Source: Amoebidium appalachense
Taxonomy: Eukaryota > Protista > Ichthyosporea
Assembly (NCBI GenBank): GCA_963693365.1
Contig: CAVNZM010000002.1
Coordinates: forward strand, 2,868,259 to 2,932,258
Reading direction: 5' to 3'
DNA length: 64,000 nucleotides
Below, piece after piece: positions 31,679 through 44,565 of the stretch. Each line of letters opens with the position of its first letter. Position 1 is the stretch's first letter. The notes beneath the pieces are model-generated. The model made no database searches, was not told the DNA's origin, and saw nothing but the letters and a program-made list of their open reading frames with translations. The position numbers and the translations under genes were made by a program.

Positions 31679-34600
31679 CAAGGTGTGTGTGCGTGCACGT
31701 GTGTGAAAGGTGTGTGTGTGTGTGTTGCGTGTCTGTGTATATGTCGGGTGTGTGTGTGTGTGTGTGTGTGCTGTGGATGTGTGTGTGTTTGGGGGGGGGG
31801 GGGGGGGGGGGGGGGGTATTGGGTTGAGTTGGATTTAGCGTCTGTGGCAAGGGGGAGGGGAAGGGGAGAGGGGCCGGAGGCTGCCCAGGCAGCATGGTGG
31901 CATTGCATGGGGGGGCAGAAGGGGGGGGGGGGGGGGGGGGGAAGGAAGAAGTGTGCGCTGGCGCCCCCCCCCCCAAAAAAAGACAGATAAAAAAAAAGCC
32001 CTGTGCACGCAGGGAAGGGCACAGAGGGAAATGGGAGTGGTGCCAGGTGGAAATTGGGAGATGACACTAAGAGAGTCACGTCAGTGGAAACTCGGGAGAA
32101 ACACGAGAAAGATGAAGGGGAGGATGGAGTAAGGAGAGACGGAGCGGACAGGAAGGGGGAGGGGGGCGGGGGGGGTTTAGGAGTGGCAAAGATCAGGTGT
32201 TAGGCATATGCAAGGAAAAGCTATGTGCAGAAAGAACCAAAAAGCTGGAACTTAATCCCTGCTTCATGACCCCTGCTCTGTCAAGCACCACCCCGTTCCG
32301 GCTGTTTTCATCCACAAATTATCCCATCAGCGCATTCCCTGCCCTCAATTGCACTGTAACCCTCCTAATCCTTCTCTCACTCCCTCGTTTACTCCGCCAA
32401 CAACATGCACAACCAACAAAGGCAAAAAAACCCTACCTTTTGTGAAGCTGGAGAACCCAGGGGTAGCTGCTGCGGAATAGACATCCCTGTGGCTACCGAT
32501 GGGCGCTGGCCCACGCTTGACAATGCAATGAATTCTCCTTCCGTGTCACGTGCACTTGGCCTCCCAGCCATTTCCCACCTACAAGTGCAGGCGCGTGTCT
32601 TTGCGTGGTTTGTTTAGAGAAAATGTCTCGAACGTGATGAATAATATAGCGAATGAACGTGGGAAAAAGCGAGTAAAGGGTTTCTGGGAGTTGAGGGGGT
32701 GTTGGTGGTGAGAGTGTTGTGTTGAAATTCCTTGCAAACGGTGTATAAAACGCTTGCATACGGCGTTGAGTACTTTCCTTTAACAATTTCTTTTGAAAAA
32801 AAGGGTGGAATCAAAAAAACCAGACTTCAATGGGGAAAAAAAGCAAACTTTGCCGCAGTATTTACATGATGCTTAAAATTGCCCGAGCTGCCGTGAAGGC
32901 ATGCATGATGTCAGGATAGTGCGCGTTTCTTTCTCTCTTTTGCAAAAAATTTCGCTGTATCAAGCAAAATGCAGAAAGGCTTCGTCAAACTGTCTCTCGT
33001 GAAACACTCAGGGTCCGCACAGCCAAAGAGCACTCGATAACGCCCTGATTGCTTATCACAATTCTTGTAAACAGCGTGCCGGGTGTGATGAGAATTCCTA
33101 CTACAGGTCTGAATGATGATGTATAAGCTGGAATGGGTAGCCTCCAGAAGACAAAAAAAGGCCCAACTTTCGGCGCTTTTTTTTATAAGTTTTCCTGCCA
33201 ACAAGCAAACCAGAGCTAATCTAAATACTCATGGCATTGACTGACAAAATTTTCGCCAGTGCTTGCCCTGGCTGTCTATTTGTAGAGACAGTAATAATCT
33301 ACAGCACAATAAATGTAGGGTTGTGTAGGAAAAATCTCTACAGCTACGATATGTTCACTGAGGCTACTTGTACGTTCTTCCCACGGTCAGAGACTGGACC
33401 AAATGATCCAAATCCCTCGATTTTCGCTTGATATGGTTTAGAAAACATCGAGGAAAGCTTGCAAGGACAAGGTACCCTCTGTGCATCAAGCTTTCATATC
33501 AATAAAGAAAACTGTGTTCTGCTTTACTCATTTATTATTTTCTATAGATAGATAAATGTTTGCTTCAAGTTTGACGTCGAACCTTACAAAAACATGCTTC
33601 TGAGCACTTACGAGTTTTCTTCCTCTTATGAATCGCTTTTCATACAATATTATCGAGATTCAGCGTTGATTTGATTGGTAGCTATTTTTGTCTAGTTTAC
33701 ATGGTTCTAAAAATAGATCGATGTGTTCGAAGCTTTCGTCAAGGCAGAAAACACGTGCATAATGACCATGATGCATCCAAGTCGATGCGCGTGCGTATTG
33801 CAAAGGCTCGTTCACTGTGGGCGCTGGCCAGCGGTCACGCACTAATACTGCTCTAATCTGGGAACTTTTTATTTTATATCAGAGGCGCCGCCACGTAGGC
33901 GGGCCCGGAGAAGACGTCCACTCGACGAGCGAGCCGGGATCCGGATCATCCGGAGGAATGGGAGGATCCGGAGGAGGGGAAGGAAGGTGGTCGGAAGGTG
34001 GGGAGGGAGGGGGGAGGAAAGGGGGAGAGGAGGGGTAAGGGGGGAAGTGAGCACGTGGAGAACGTGTTTTTCTACTCGCAGAGGTAACTAGAGGGCCGCG
34101 GCGGCCTCTGAATCAAGCACACACCTTTAGAGTTTCCGTAGGCCGTCTCCGCTAGTGAGTAGTGACACCGTGGCACTGATCCAAGGTGACCAATTTTTCA
34201 TGAAGTTACAGTCTGCTATTCACATTTCACACCATGAGTAGCCACAACATGCACGTGCCATGCAAGAGAGTTATTGGAACTACATGGTGTGAAAGAGGAC
34301 AAGATTTTTTTTATTTATTTTTATTTATTTTTTTTTAATTATTATCACGTTTTGTTCCCGGAGGGCCTTTTCAGGCCCTCTAGGGAAACTACCGTCTACC
34401 ACACAGCACCGACAGTACACTAGTTAAGGTGCTATCTATGAGTTCAGCTAAGCTAAACCATACTTCACAACCTAACTATAAGTACACACTTTGCCCATGG
34501 GCTACTACCCCAGCCACGCCGGCAGGAGGCTCCAGTCCTCCCCTCCATTCAAAACCTAGCAATAAACGTTAACCGAGGGCTCCCATTGGTCGATCTACAG

Positions 34601-34789
34601 TATTGGGAAGTCCTAGGTGTTGTGTATAATATTTACGGTGGGTATGGGTGGATGATGGGGTGTGGTGGTGGTGGTGGTGGGGGGTTGCTGCCTAACATTA
34701 TGAGTTGTTGTATGTATGTTGTGGCGATGTTTTTGTGGACTAAAAGGTGGGTTTTACAGGGCACACCGGGTCTGTGTGTGTTCCGGCAG

Positions 34790-35723
34790 TGTTAAATTAT
34801 ATAAGTATTTGGGGTGAAAGCAGAGACACAGTGGTGCAGTGTGAAAACACCACAGACACACACAACAACAAAACACGGAACGATCGGAGCAGTGTACACA
34901 ACAGACATCAATGTTTAGACACGACTGAACTCAATTTATTTTGATCGTGAATAAATACCTGAAATTCCCTTAAGTTAAATCCATACATGATTTCCGACCA
35001 GTCGGAAATCAGATCTATGTCTAAAATAACCAATCACAATTAACTGATTATTTCCCGGATAGATCCGGAGACACAGGAACGCACACCATAGGTCACAGCT
35101 ATAAGAAAGAAATGAGGTGAAGAGTAACGAGGAAAGAGGTGATGTTTCTAACCTATCATCGGCTACAAAGACTCAGACATTTTCTGACTAAGTCCACTGA
35201 TTGGATACAGTACGGCAACACACAAAACAAAAGTGGTTGACTAAGCTATGAATCATACCTGACAAGCTAAAGTGTAACCTAAGTGTTTTTCTACCAATCA
35301 AAACATAACGAGTAATATAAATCTACTCAACGTATATTAGTGAGAGAGAAATATAATTATGTGAAAGGAAACAAGAGAAGAAAGAAAGAGAAAAGAAAGA
35401 AGAAGAAAGAGGAAAAAGAAAAGAAAGCAGGACAGAAAACACGAACAGCAAAACACAGTTATAACCGAAGATATTCATGTACACATAACATGTACACGTT
35501 TCTCCCTCACTGGGTAGACTCGTGTACCTATAATCAGTTGCTGTAATCGATATCTAAACACACGAATATAGCCGACACAACACGATTACAAGTACTCAAA
35601 TACTCTGGAGATCGATGTCATAATTTACGTACAAGGAGCACATCTCTTTCACTAAGTAAATGAATGAAAACATAACACGAACTGAGAAGATCTTACAATA
35701 TGTAAATACTACGTATTACAACA
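34790..35723 (-). mobile_element. Solo LTR of the Copia-A family
   Basis: Reverse complement of LTR 53138-54072 with some substitutions; TGT..ACA ends; 5-bp TSD GGCAG (34785-34789, 35724-35728). Confidence 0.93.
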
Positions 35724-35859
35724 GGCAGTCAGAACAGGCCGGCCGGGTGTGTGTGGGGGGTGTATTTGTTGGTGTTTTGGGTTTTTGGAGAGCCATACTT
35801 TTCTTTCTACGGGTGGTGGGTATATGGTGGTGTTTTTGCATTTTGGGGTGGGTGGGGGG

Positions 35860-38800
35860 CCGCCCAGCCTGCAGGCCCTGCATGGGCTACCCGGCCAGCA
35901 GCAACAAATCACACCCACACTGCAGCAGCTGCATGCAGCAGCAGATTGCAGCCCCGGCCGGCAGGCCCAGCACGGGCCACCCAGCCGACAGCACCAACAG
36001 GAGCAACCAAGCCAGCAGCAGCAGCCGCAGGCTGAAGCCCAAGCAGGCAGCCCACACCGGCAGCCAAAGCAGGGGCCACCCCGCCTGCAGACCCTGCCAG
36101 GGCCACCCACGGGCAACCAACAGCTACAGACCACACCCACCCAGCCGCAACGGCCCACAGCAGCAGAGTGCAACCCTGGCCAGCAGGCACGGCACGGGTC
36201 ACCCACCCTGCAGCAGCACCCCACCCCCCCAGCAGCCCACCTGTCTCAGACAGGGAGGCAGTGGGAGGAGTGGGAGGCAACCATGCGGGAGCAACTACAA
36301 CTATACAGGTCCCAACTCCGAAGGAAACGGCAAAAACTCCTTTGGCTACGGGCAACAGCAGCAGCAGAAGCACGGTGCAAGCGTATGGTGGACGAACTCC
36401 GGCGAGCACTAATCAGCATTTTAGACCGGGGGAGTGTGAACGTCTCGGCTACGTTAGTCAAGCACGTCACCCCAACGGGCACTGAGTACCTCACGGAGTG
36501 GGCTGACACGGAGCCCGTCATTCGTGAAACTTATCACCGGTGGACGGCCCGCAGGAACCCACACATCGAGGAGATGCTCGCCGACCCAATGTGGGCCGAC
36601 ATCTATCGACCGATCCCCCCCGAAGACTCCGAGTCCCCATTAGGGTCTATAATGCACCCGGCCACCCACGACGAGCTCCAACAGATCGTCCAAAGCCGAC
36701 GGGGGGGGAAGGCCCCCGGCCCAACGGAAATCCAGTACGAATACTTCCAACACCTGGGGCCAAAGGGGCTAGCATGGCTCCTACATATCATCAACGGATG
36801 TCTGGCCACGGGGACCACACCGAGGTCATGGCTGCACCACACCATCCATCCCCTACCGAAAGGGGAATGGGAAGGTGACTTCGACAAAACCCGACCGATA
36901 GCACTCTTGGAAACGGCACGGAAGCTGCTAGAATCGGTCATCAACCAGCGCCTACTCTCGATCTTCCGGCAGTACCCCACCCTCCTCCCGGGGGGGAATT
37001 TTGGGTTCGTGCCGGGCCCGGGTATCGACGGGGCGCTGGCTATCATCCGAGAGACGATAGAGGATCATCCATAGACCACGACCAGGAACTATGGATCGTC
37101 CAACAGGACATTAAGAGGGCATATGACACGGTGTCTTGGCCCTCGGTGGAACTGGGGCTCACCCGCCTGGGCACAGACCCCCAGCTAATCACCCTCCTCC
37201 GGCACATGTGGCACAGTCGTACGGCCACGGTGTGCACAGACCAGGGGCACACTGAGTCTTTCCCTGTTGAAAACGGCCTGGCCCAAGGGGCTGTCCTCTC
37301 CCCCATTCTGTGGATTATTTTCTACGATCCAGTTTTAACAGCCATCAAAAGGCACGGCAAGGGGTACACTTTCCACCTACCCCCACAGACACAGCACCAC
37401 ACACCGTGACCGGCACAAACACCCCCGTGTGTGACGTCTGTAGCCTTCGCCGACGACACAACATGGTTTGGCCCCAACAAGGAGAGCATCCAGCAAACTC
37501 TCGATTTATCTGCCCCCTTTCTTTATTACCATGACTTGGAACCACACCCAGACAAGTTTTCAGTCCTCGCCCGTGGTACCCCAACACGGGCAACAGTGGC
37601 CCCCATGCAGTACCGCAAATCCCCGGGAGCACCACCCCTACCCATTCAGATCGAGCTCCCCGATGCGCACATCAGAGTGCTAGGGGTCAACATCACCCTC
37701 CAACGACACACCCGGCCCAACGATGGGAAGGCCATGCAGCTGACATTACGGGCCACCACCATACTAGCCCGTAAAATGCTGGCACCCAGCCAAGTGATCT
37801 ACGTAGCCAACAGTGTGGTGGCCCCGGCCATCCTCTTCCTCCTCAAAGGGTCAGTCATCAGCAACACCACCATGCAGGCAATCGACAGCAAGTGGAGAGA
37901 CCTACTCCGTCGGAAGTGTGGTTTCCACCGGAGCACCCCGTCCGGGCTGCTACACCATCCCACTCTAGGGGGACTGGCCAGCATCGTCGAATCAGCAGCC
38001 AGCACCATGGTTACGGAGCTGTGTGCCCTGCTGGAAACACCAGGACCAGCAGGGGACGTGGTCCGGTACCGAGCCTGGCAGCAGCAACACGTGACAGGCC
38101 TACCCTACCCACCCCTGCAAGCACCCCCAGCCAAACTTTACAGGTTAGGGGGAAAGCAGCTCCACAACTATTGGGCCCATATCACGGGGATCCTTCACGA
38201 GCGGCACCTGAGTATTGGGGAAACCCCTCCCCAAAAGACACAAGCACCCCCACCCCCCCCCCCCCCTCCCCCCAAGGAGAAGGAGGGGGAAGCAGCAACA
38301 ACAACCAGCACCCCTATCAACACCGTTTTCCCGGACCACACCTTTGCGGCCCACATCGGCCCCCACACACACCCCCGTCAACTCTACACGGTGGAGGACA
38401 CCATGGTACGGCCGGGGGTGTTCCGGGCGTTCCCCGAACTGCCCCACCCCCCAGACCTACTACACCCGGGAGCTACACAGTGGTACAGGTCCATCATCAA
38501 GGGGGCCATCCCCATCGCAGACAAACTACGGCCAGCACCCAGACCACACACCCACCACACCATTGACCTCGTGCCAAACCACCCCGTCGGTGCATTCGTG
38601 GTAGAAATAGTCAAGAACGGGCAATACGAACTCAGCCAGGTGGTGGCCCACACCACCCACAACGGGGAGGCTTGGGTCAAAATAGCCCATCTACGGGACA
38701 ACACAGAGGAGGAGGGGCTGAGATGGCACCGACCCACGTGGAACGACCCACATGGAACAGGCCATTTCCGCTTTTGCCCTGGTGACTGCAAATACGGCCA

Positions 38801-39963
38801 CTCCCCATGGAACCTAGCCTACACCCCGGCCACCCTCTCCCCCAACCCCGGGTACGCAGACGGAGAGGGGGAAGGGTTAGACACGGAGCCAGAATCGGAG
38901 TCGACGGGGCCCAGCGACGACTCCGACGACTCAGAGGACTCTAACACCGACAGCACCAACAGCAAATACGAGCCCCCTGAGCCCCCAGCGGATAATCACA
39001 CCCACAACAAGCAGTGTGTGGGGTGGACCCGTGCTGTGGAGGTGATACGGGCAGACCCCTACGTGGCCTTCGAAACCCGAATCACCACCCACATGGTAGT
39101 CCCGAAGTACCACAAGGACTTCATCAACACCGACAGTATCGACATCTACCAAGTCATCGCACTGAAGGATGGCTCCGATCCGGCCGAGCAGTGGAGGAAG
39201 ATACACCATTTCCGGCGGCATCTTCCCCCCCACCAACAGGCATCACCCCAGATGCTCCACCTGCAAGCCAACGAGGAAGCCACACCCTTACCGGGGGACC
39301 TCCCCGGCCCACCCCCCCCCCCCCAGCAGCCACCACCGGTAGGGTCACCACAAGGACACAAGTGCACGGCCCACCCGGCTGACCTGCCGAGCCCACCCAC
39401 TCCCCGTAGGCTCACCTACACCGACTTGGTGCCCCAGGCCACCTATGACGAGTGGCAGCAGCAAATCACCCTGATCCCCCCAGACCAACCGATCACCGTT
39501 TATACGGACGGCAGCCTCATCCACCCGGGCAGGAGGATGATAGCCCAGGCCGGAGCCGGGGCGGTACTGGACACCCCGGACCGGAAAGCACCTCCAGTGA
39601 CGGCCAAGACCAGGCTCCATACGGCGCTATCATCCACCCAAGCCGAACTCACAGGGGTACTACTAGCTCACCCCCACCACCACCCCCATCCACATCAAGC
39701 TCGATAACCTCGGAGTAGTCGACCGATGGACGGCAAATATAGACCCCACCACACCCCCTCGACGCAAGCTAAAGTTCCCCCACATAGTGGAATGGGCTCA
39801 CGTACGAGACCAACTCTCTCTCCGGCAACCAGGCTCTGTACAGGTATCGTGGGTGAAGGGGCACCAATCCAACACCAAACGGTACGGTCAACGGAATAAC
39901 GAGGCAGACAAGGCAGCCAATGCAGGAAGAGTCCTCCCCCTCCCCCCCCCCCCACCTCCGGCC

Positions 39964-39994
<31 letters not shown>

Positions 39995-40977
39995 AATACT
40001 TCCTACGACTACAAGGCCACCGTATCCCCGGCAACATTCCCGGTACACTGAACCGGTTGAACAAGGACTTCCTCACCGACATGGCCGGCAAGACCAAGGC
40101 TATGTCCATACTAGCCGACCCCAGACTGCTCCCAGCCGAACGGAACCCCCTCAAGCTCAACAAGGGGCCCACACAGGCAACCATCGGGGCAGTCAGAGGA
40201 AACACTCGTAGCCTGTCCCTGGCCATGGGCACCCTGCCTACCATGGCACGGCTACACCGAGATCACCCCACCGTCGTTACACAGCCCACATGCCCCCGGT
40301 GCAGCCAGCACCCTGAGACCACCACCCACCTCTGGGCCTGCCCGGGCCATGCCGGGGAAGTCCCCACCCTGACCACCGCCATCACAGCCTGCATCCACAA
40401 CGTCCTGCACACTCGTCATCCAAACACCCCCACGGCACAGCACCGCCATACGGCAGCCACGGTGGTAGACCAATGTGCAAGGATAAACTGGATAGGAGGC
40501 AACGGTGACCCACCTGACCCCGAAGACACCAAGTGGGTCGAACGGGGATTCTGCCCACGATCGGTGGGCCCACTACTTGCAGCCACCGGCACCACCAAGA
40601 CCACCACCCGGGCCATCTTAGGAAAAATCACAGTAGAGTTGCAATCCTTTTTCTTTTCAAAAATTTGGCACCCACGGAACACAACACTCCCCCCCACCCA
40701 CCCTAACATGCAAAAACACCACCATATACCCACCACCCGTAGAAAGAAAAGTATGGCTCTCCAAAAACCCAAAAAACCAACAAATACACCCCCCACACAC
40801 ACCCGGCCGGCCTGTTCTGAATGCCGGAACACCTACAGACCCGGTGTGCCCTGTAAAACCCACCTTTTAGTCCACAAAAACATCGCCACAACATACGTAC
40901 ACCAACACATAATGTTAGGCAGCAACCCCCCACCACCACCACCACCACACCCCATCATCCACCCATACCCACCGTAA
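35860..40977 (+). pseudogene. Disrupted LINE ORF2: reverse transcriptase, unknown Cys/His domain, RNase H, C-terminal zinc finger
   Basis: KAPGPTEI, TRPIALLETARK, QDIKRAYDTV, GLAQGAVLSPILW, VAFADDTTW; RNase H VYTDGS..QAELTG..WVKGH..NNEADKAA; CPRC..ETTTHLWAC; breaks at ~37070, ~37408 and ~39665. Confidence 0.9.
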
Positions 40978-41303
40978 ATATTATACACAACACCTAGGAC
41001 TTCCCAATACTGTAGATCGACCAATGAGAGCCCTCGGTTAACGTTTATTGCTAGGTTTTGAATGGAGGGGAGGACTGGAGCCTCCTAGTGCCGGCGTGGC
41101 TGGGGTAGTAGCCCTGGGCAAAGTGTGTACTTATAGTTAGGTTGTGAAGGATGGTTTAGCTTAGCTGAACTCATAGATAGCACCTTAACTAGTGTACTGT
41201 CGGTGCTGTGTGGTAGACGGTAGTTTCCCTAGAGGGCCTGAAAAGGCCCTCCGGGAACAAAACGTGATAAAATAAAATAAAAATAAAAAAATAAAAAAAA
41301 AAA
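35860..41303 (+). mobile_element. Second LINE copy (5'-truncated) inserted into the minus-strand copy of the same family
   Basis: (TAAAA)n/A tail at ~41268-41303; TSD TGGGGGG at 35853-35859 and 41304-41310. Confidence 0.88.
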
Positions 41304-44042
41304 TGGGGGGGAGTGTTGTGTTCCGTGGGTGCCAAATTTTTGAAAAGAAAAAGGATTGCAACTCTACTGTGATTTTTCCTAAGATGGCCCGGGTGGTGGT
41401 CTTGGTGGTGCCGGTGGCTGCAAGTAGTGGGCCCACCGATCGTGGGCAGAATCCCCGTTCGACCCACTTGATGTCTTCGGGGTCAGGTGGGTCACCGTTG
41501 CCTCCTATCCAGTTTATCCATGCACATTGGTCTACCACCGTGGCTGCCGTATGGTGGTGCTGTGCCGTGGGGGTGTTCGGAGGACGAGTGTGCAGGACGT
41601 TGTGGATGCGGCTGTGATGGCGGTGGTCAGGGTGGGGACTTCCCCGGCATGGGCCGGGCAGGCCCAGAGGTGGGTGGTGGTCTCAGGGTGCTGGCTGCAC
41701 CGGGGGCATGTGGGCTGTGTAACGACGGTGGGGTGATCTCGGTGTAGCCGTGCCATGGTAGGCAGGGTGCCCATGGCCAGGGACAGGCTACGAGTGTTTC
41801 CTCTGACTGCCCCGATGGTTGCCTGTGCGGGCCCCTTGTTGAGCTTGAGGGGGTTCCGTTCGGCTGGGAGCAGTCTGGGGTCGGCTAGTATGGACATAGC
41901 CTTGGTCTTGCCGGCCATGTCGGTGAGGAAGTCCTTGTTCAACCGGTTCAGTGTACCGGGAATGTTGCCGGGGATACGGTGGCCTTGTAGTCGTAGGAAG
42001 TATCCCCCCCCCCCCCCCCCCCCCCCCGGGGCCGGAGGTAGGGGGGGGGGGAGGGGGAGGGCTCTTCTTGCATTGGCTGCCTTGTCTGCCTCGTTATTCC
42101 GTTGACCGTACCGTTGGGTGTTGGATTGGTGCCCCTTCACCCACGATACCTGTACAGAGCCTGGTTGCCGCACAGAGAGTTGGTCTCGTACGTGAGCCCA
42201 TTCCACTATGTGGGGGAACCTTAGCTTACGTCGAGGGGGTGTGGTGGGGTCCATATTTGCCGTCCATCGGTCGACTACTCCGAGGTTATCGAGCTTGATG
42301 TGGATGGGGGTGGTGGTGGGGGTGAGCAGGAGGGCTACTAGTACCCCTGTGAGTTCGGCTTGGGTGGATGATAGGGCCGTATGGAGCCTGGTCTTGGCCG
42401 TCACTGGTGGTGCTTTCCGGTCCAGGGTGTCCAGCACAGCCCCGGCTCCGGCCTGGGCTATCCTCCTGCCCGGGTGGATGAGGCTGCCGTCCGTATAAAC
42501 GGTGATCGGTTGGTCTGGGGGGATCAGGGTGATTTGCTGCTGCCACTCGTCATAGGTGGCCTGGGGCACCAAGTCGGTGTACTAGTAGTGAGCCTACGGG
42601 GAGTGGGTGGGCTCGGCAGGTCAGCCGGGTGGGCCGTGCACTTGTGTCCTGGTGGTGACCCTACCGGTGGTGGCTGCTGGGGGGGGTGGTGGGCTGGGGA
42701 GGTCCCCCGGTAAGGGTGTGGCCTCCTCGTTGGCTTGCAGGTGGAGCATCTGGGGTGATGCCTGTTGGTGGGGGGGAAGATGCCGCCGAAAATGGTGTAT
42801 CTTCCTCCACTGCTCGGCCGGATCGGAGCCATCCTTCAGTGCGATGACTTGGTAGATCATGTCGATACTGTCGGTGTTGATGAAGTCCTTATGGTACTTC
42901 GGGACTACCATGTGGGTGGTGATTCGGGTCTTGAAGGCCACGTAGGGGTCTGCCCGTATCACCTCCACAGCACGGGTCCACCCCACACACTGCTTGTTGT
43001 GAGTGTGGTTATCGGCTGGGGGCTCAGGGGGCTCGTATTTGCTGTTGGTGCTGTTGGTGTTAGAGTCCTCTGAGTCGTCGGAGTCGTCGCTGGGCCCCGT
43101 CGACTCCGATTCTGGCTCCGTGTCTAACCCTTCCCCCTCTCCGTCTGCGTACCCGGGGTTGGGGGAGAGGGTGGCCGGGGTGTAGGCTAGGTTCCATGGG
43201 GAGTGGCCGTATTTGCAGTCACCAGGGCAAAAGCGGAAATGGGCTGTTCCATGTGGGTCGTTCCACGTGGGTCGGTGCCATCTCAGCCCCTCCTCCTCTG
43301 TGTTGTCCCGTAGATGGGCTATTTTGACCCAAGCCTCCCCGTTGTGGGTGGTGTGGGCCACCACCTGGCTGAGTTCGTATTGCCCGTTCTTGACTATTTC
43401 CACCACGAATGCACCGACGGGGTGGTTTGGCACGAGGTCAATGGTGTGGTGGGTGTGTGGTCTGGGTGCTGGCCGTAGTTTGTCTGCGATGGGGATAGAT
43501 GGCCCCCTTGATGATGGACCTGTACCACTGTGTAGCTCCCGGGTGTAGTAGGTCTGGGGGGTGGGGCAGTTCGGGGAACGCCCGGAACACCCCCGGCCGT
43601 ACCATGGTGTCCTACACCGTGTAGAGTTGACGGGGGTGTGTGTGGGGGCCGGTGTGGGCCGCAAAGGTGTGGTCCGGGAAAGCGGTGTTGATAGGGGTGC
43701 TGGTTGTTGTTGCTGCTTCCCCTCCTTCTCCTTGGGGGGAGGGGGTGGGGTGGGGTGGGGGTGCTTGTGTTTTTTTTGGGGGGGGTTTCCCCAATACTCA
43801 GGTGCCGCTCGTGAAGGATCCCCGTGATATGGGCCCAATAGTTGTGGAGCTGCTTTCCCCCCTAGCCTGTAAAGTTTGGCTGGGGGTGCTTGCAGGGGTG
43901 GGTAGGGTAGGCCTGTCACGTGTTGCTGCTGCCAGGCTCGGTACCGGACCACGTCCCCTGCTGGTCCTGGTGTTTCCAGCAGTGCACACAGCTCCGTGAC
44001 CATGGTGCTTGCTGCTGCTGGCCAGTCCCCCTAGAGTGGGAT
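41304..44042 (-). pseudogene. LINE ORF2 fragment (thumb, unknown domain, RNase H, zinc finger) of the host copy
   Basis: ORFs 42621-44003, 41532-42572 and 41185-41538 match the plus-strand copy, with frameshifts. Confidence 0.88.
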
Positions 44043-44121
44043 TGTTGGAAGATGGTATCGTTATCCAGTCCGATCGCATGAATCAGATCATGATCGGCTG
44101 GTGGCCTGCAAGATCTTAACC

Positions 44122-44194
44122 GATCTCGTAGCTCAGTTGGTAGAGCACTCGACCGGAGATAGAGGGGTCGCGGGTTCAAATCCCGTCGGGATCA
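44122..44194 (+). tRNA. tRNA-like Pol III unit in TRIM LTR1 (73 nt; GGA at the anticodon position; probably derived from tRNA-Phe)
   Basis: Acceptor GATCTCG/CGGGATC+A; D arm GCTC-AGTTGGTA-GAGC; AC arm CTCGA-CCGGAGA-TAGAG (one mismatch, C33); T arm GCGGG-TTCAAAT-CCCGT; A and B boxes intact; T5 terminator 2 nt downstream. Confidence 0.75.
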
Positions 44195-44491
44195 TCTTTT
44201 TCTCATCCTCTTCTCGCTGGGGTAAAAGCCAGCACGCCTTTACTGGCGTCATCATAACCATCGGCAGTGGTTAGGTTGTGATCTCAAGGCTAGCAAGATC
44301 GCTAGTCTCTGCACCAGGACAAAATCCAAAATGGTAGCATGAACAGAGGTTCAGTGGGGACTGAGGGGGCAGTCCACCCTAACCTGATTCTGCGATTCGT
44401 CCTGAGTGGGGATGTTGGAAGATGGTATCGTTATCCAGTCCGATCGCATGAATCAGATCATGATCGGCTGGTGGCCTGCGAGATCTTAACC

Positions 44492-44565
44492 GATCTCGTA
44501 GCTCAGTTGGTAGAGCACTCGACCGGAGATAGAGGGGTCGCGGGTTCAAAATCCCGTCGGGATCA
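44492..44565 (+). tRNA. tRNA-like unit in TRIM LTR2
   Basis: Same as the LTR1 copy with one extra A in the T loop. Confidence 0.7.

Noticed and set aside
34305-41303. RT element with ~600-bp terminal inverted repeats (DIRS- or Penelope-like)
   Set aside because: The left 'repeat' is the 3' end of the minus-strand LINE, which continues at 41304; TSD TGGGGGG shows one LINE inserted into another in opposite orientation.
44122-44194. Functional tRNA-Ser(GGA) or recoding tRNA
   Set aside because: No long variable arm, C at position 33, a mismatch in the anticodon stem and location inside LTRs; better read as an element-borne tRNA-derived unit.
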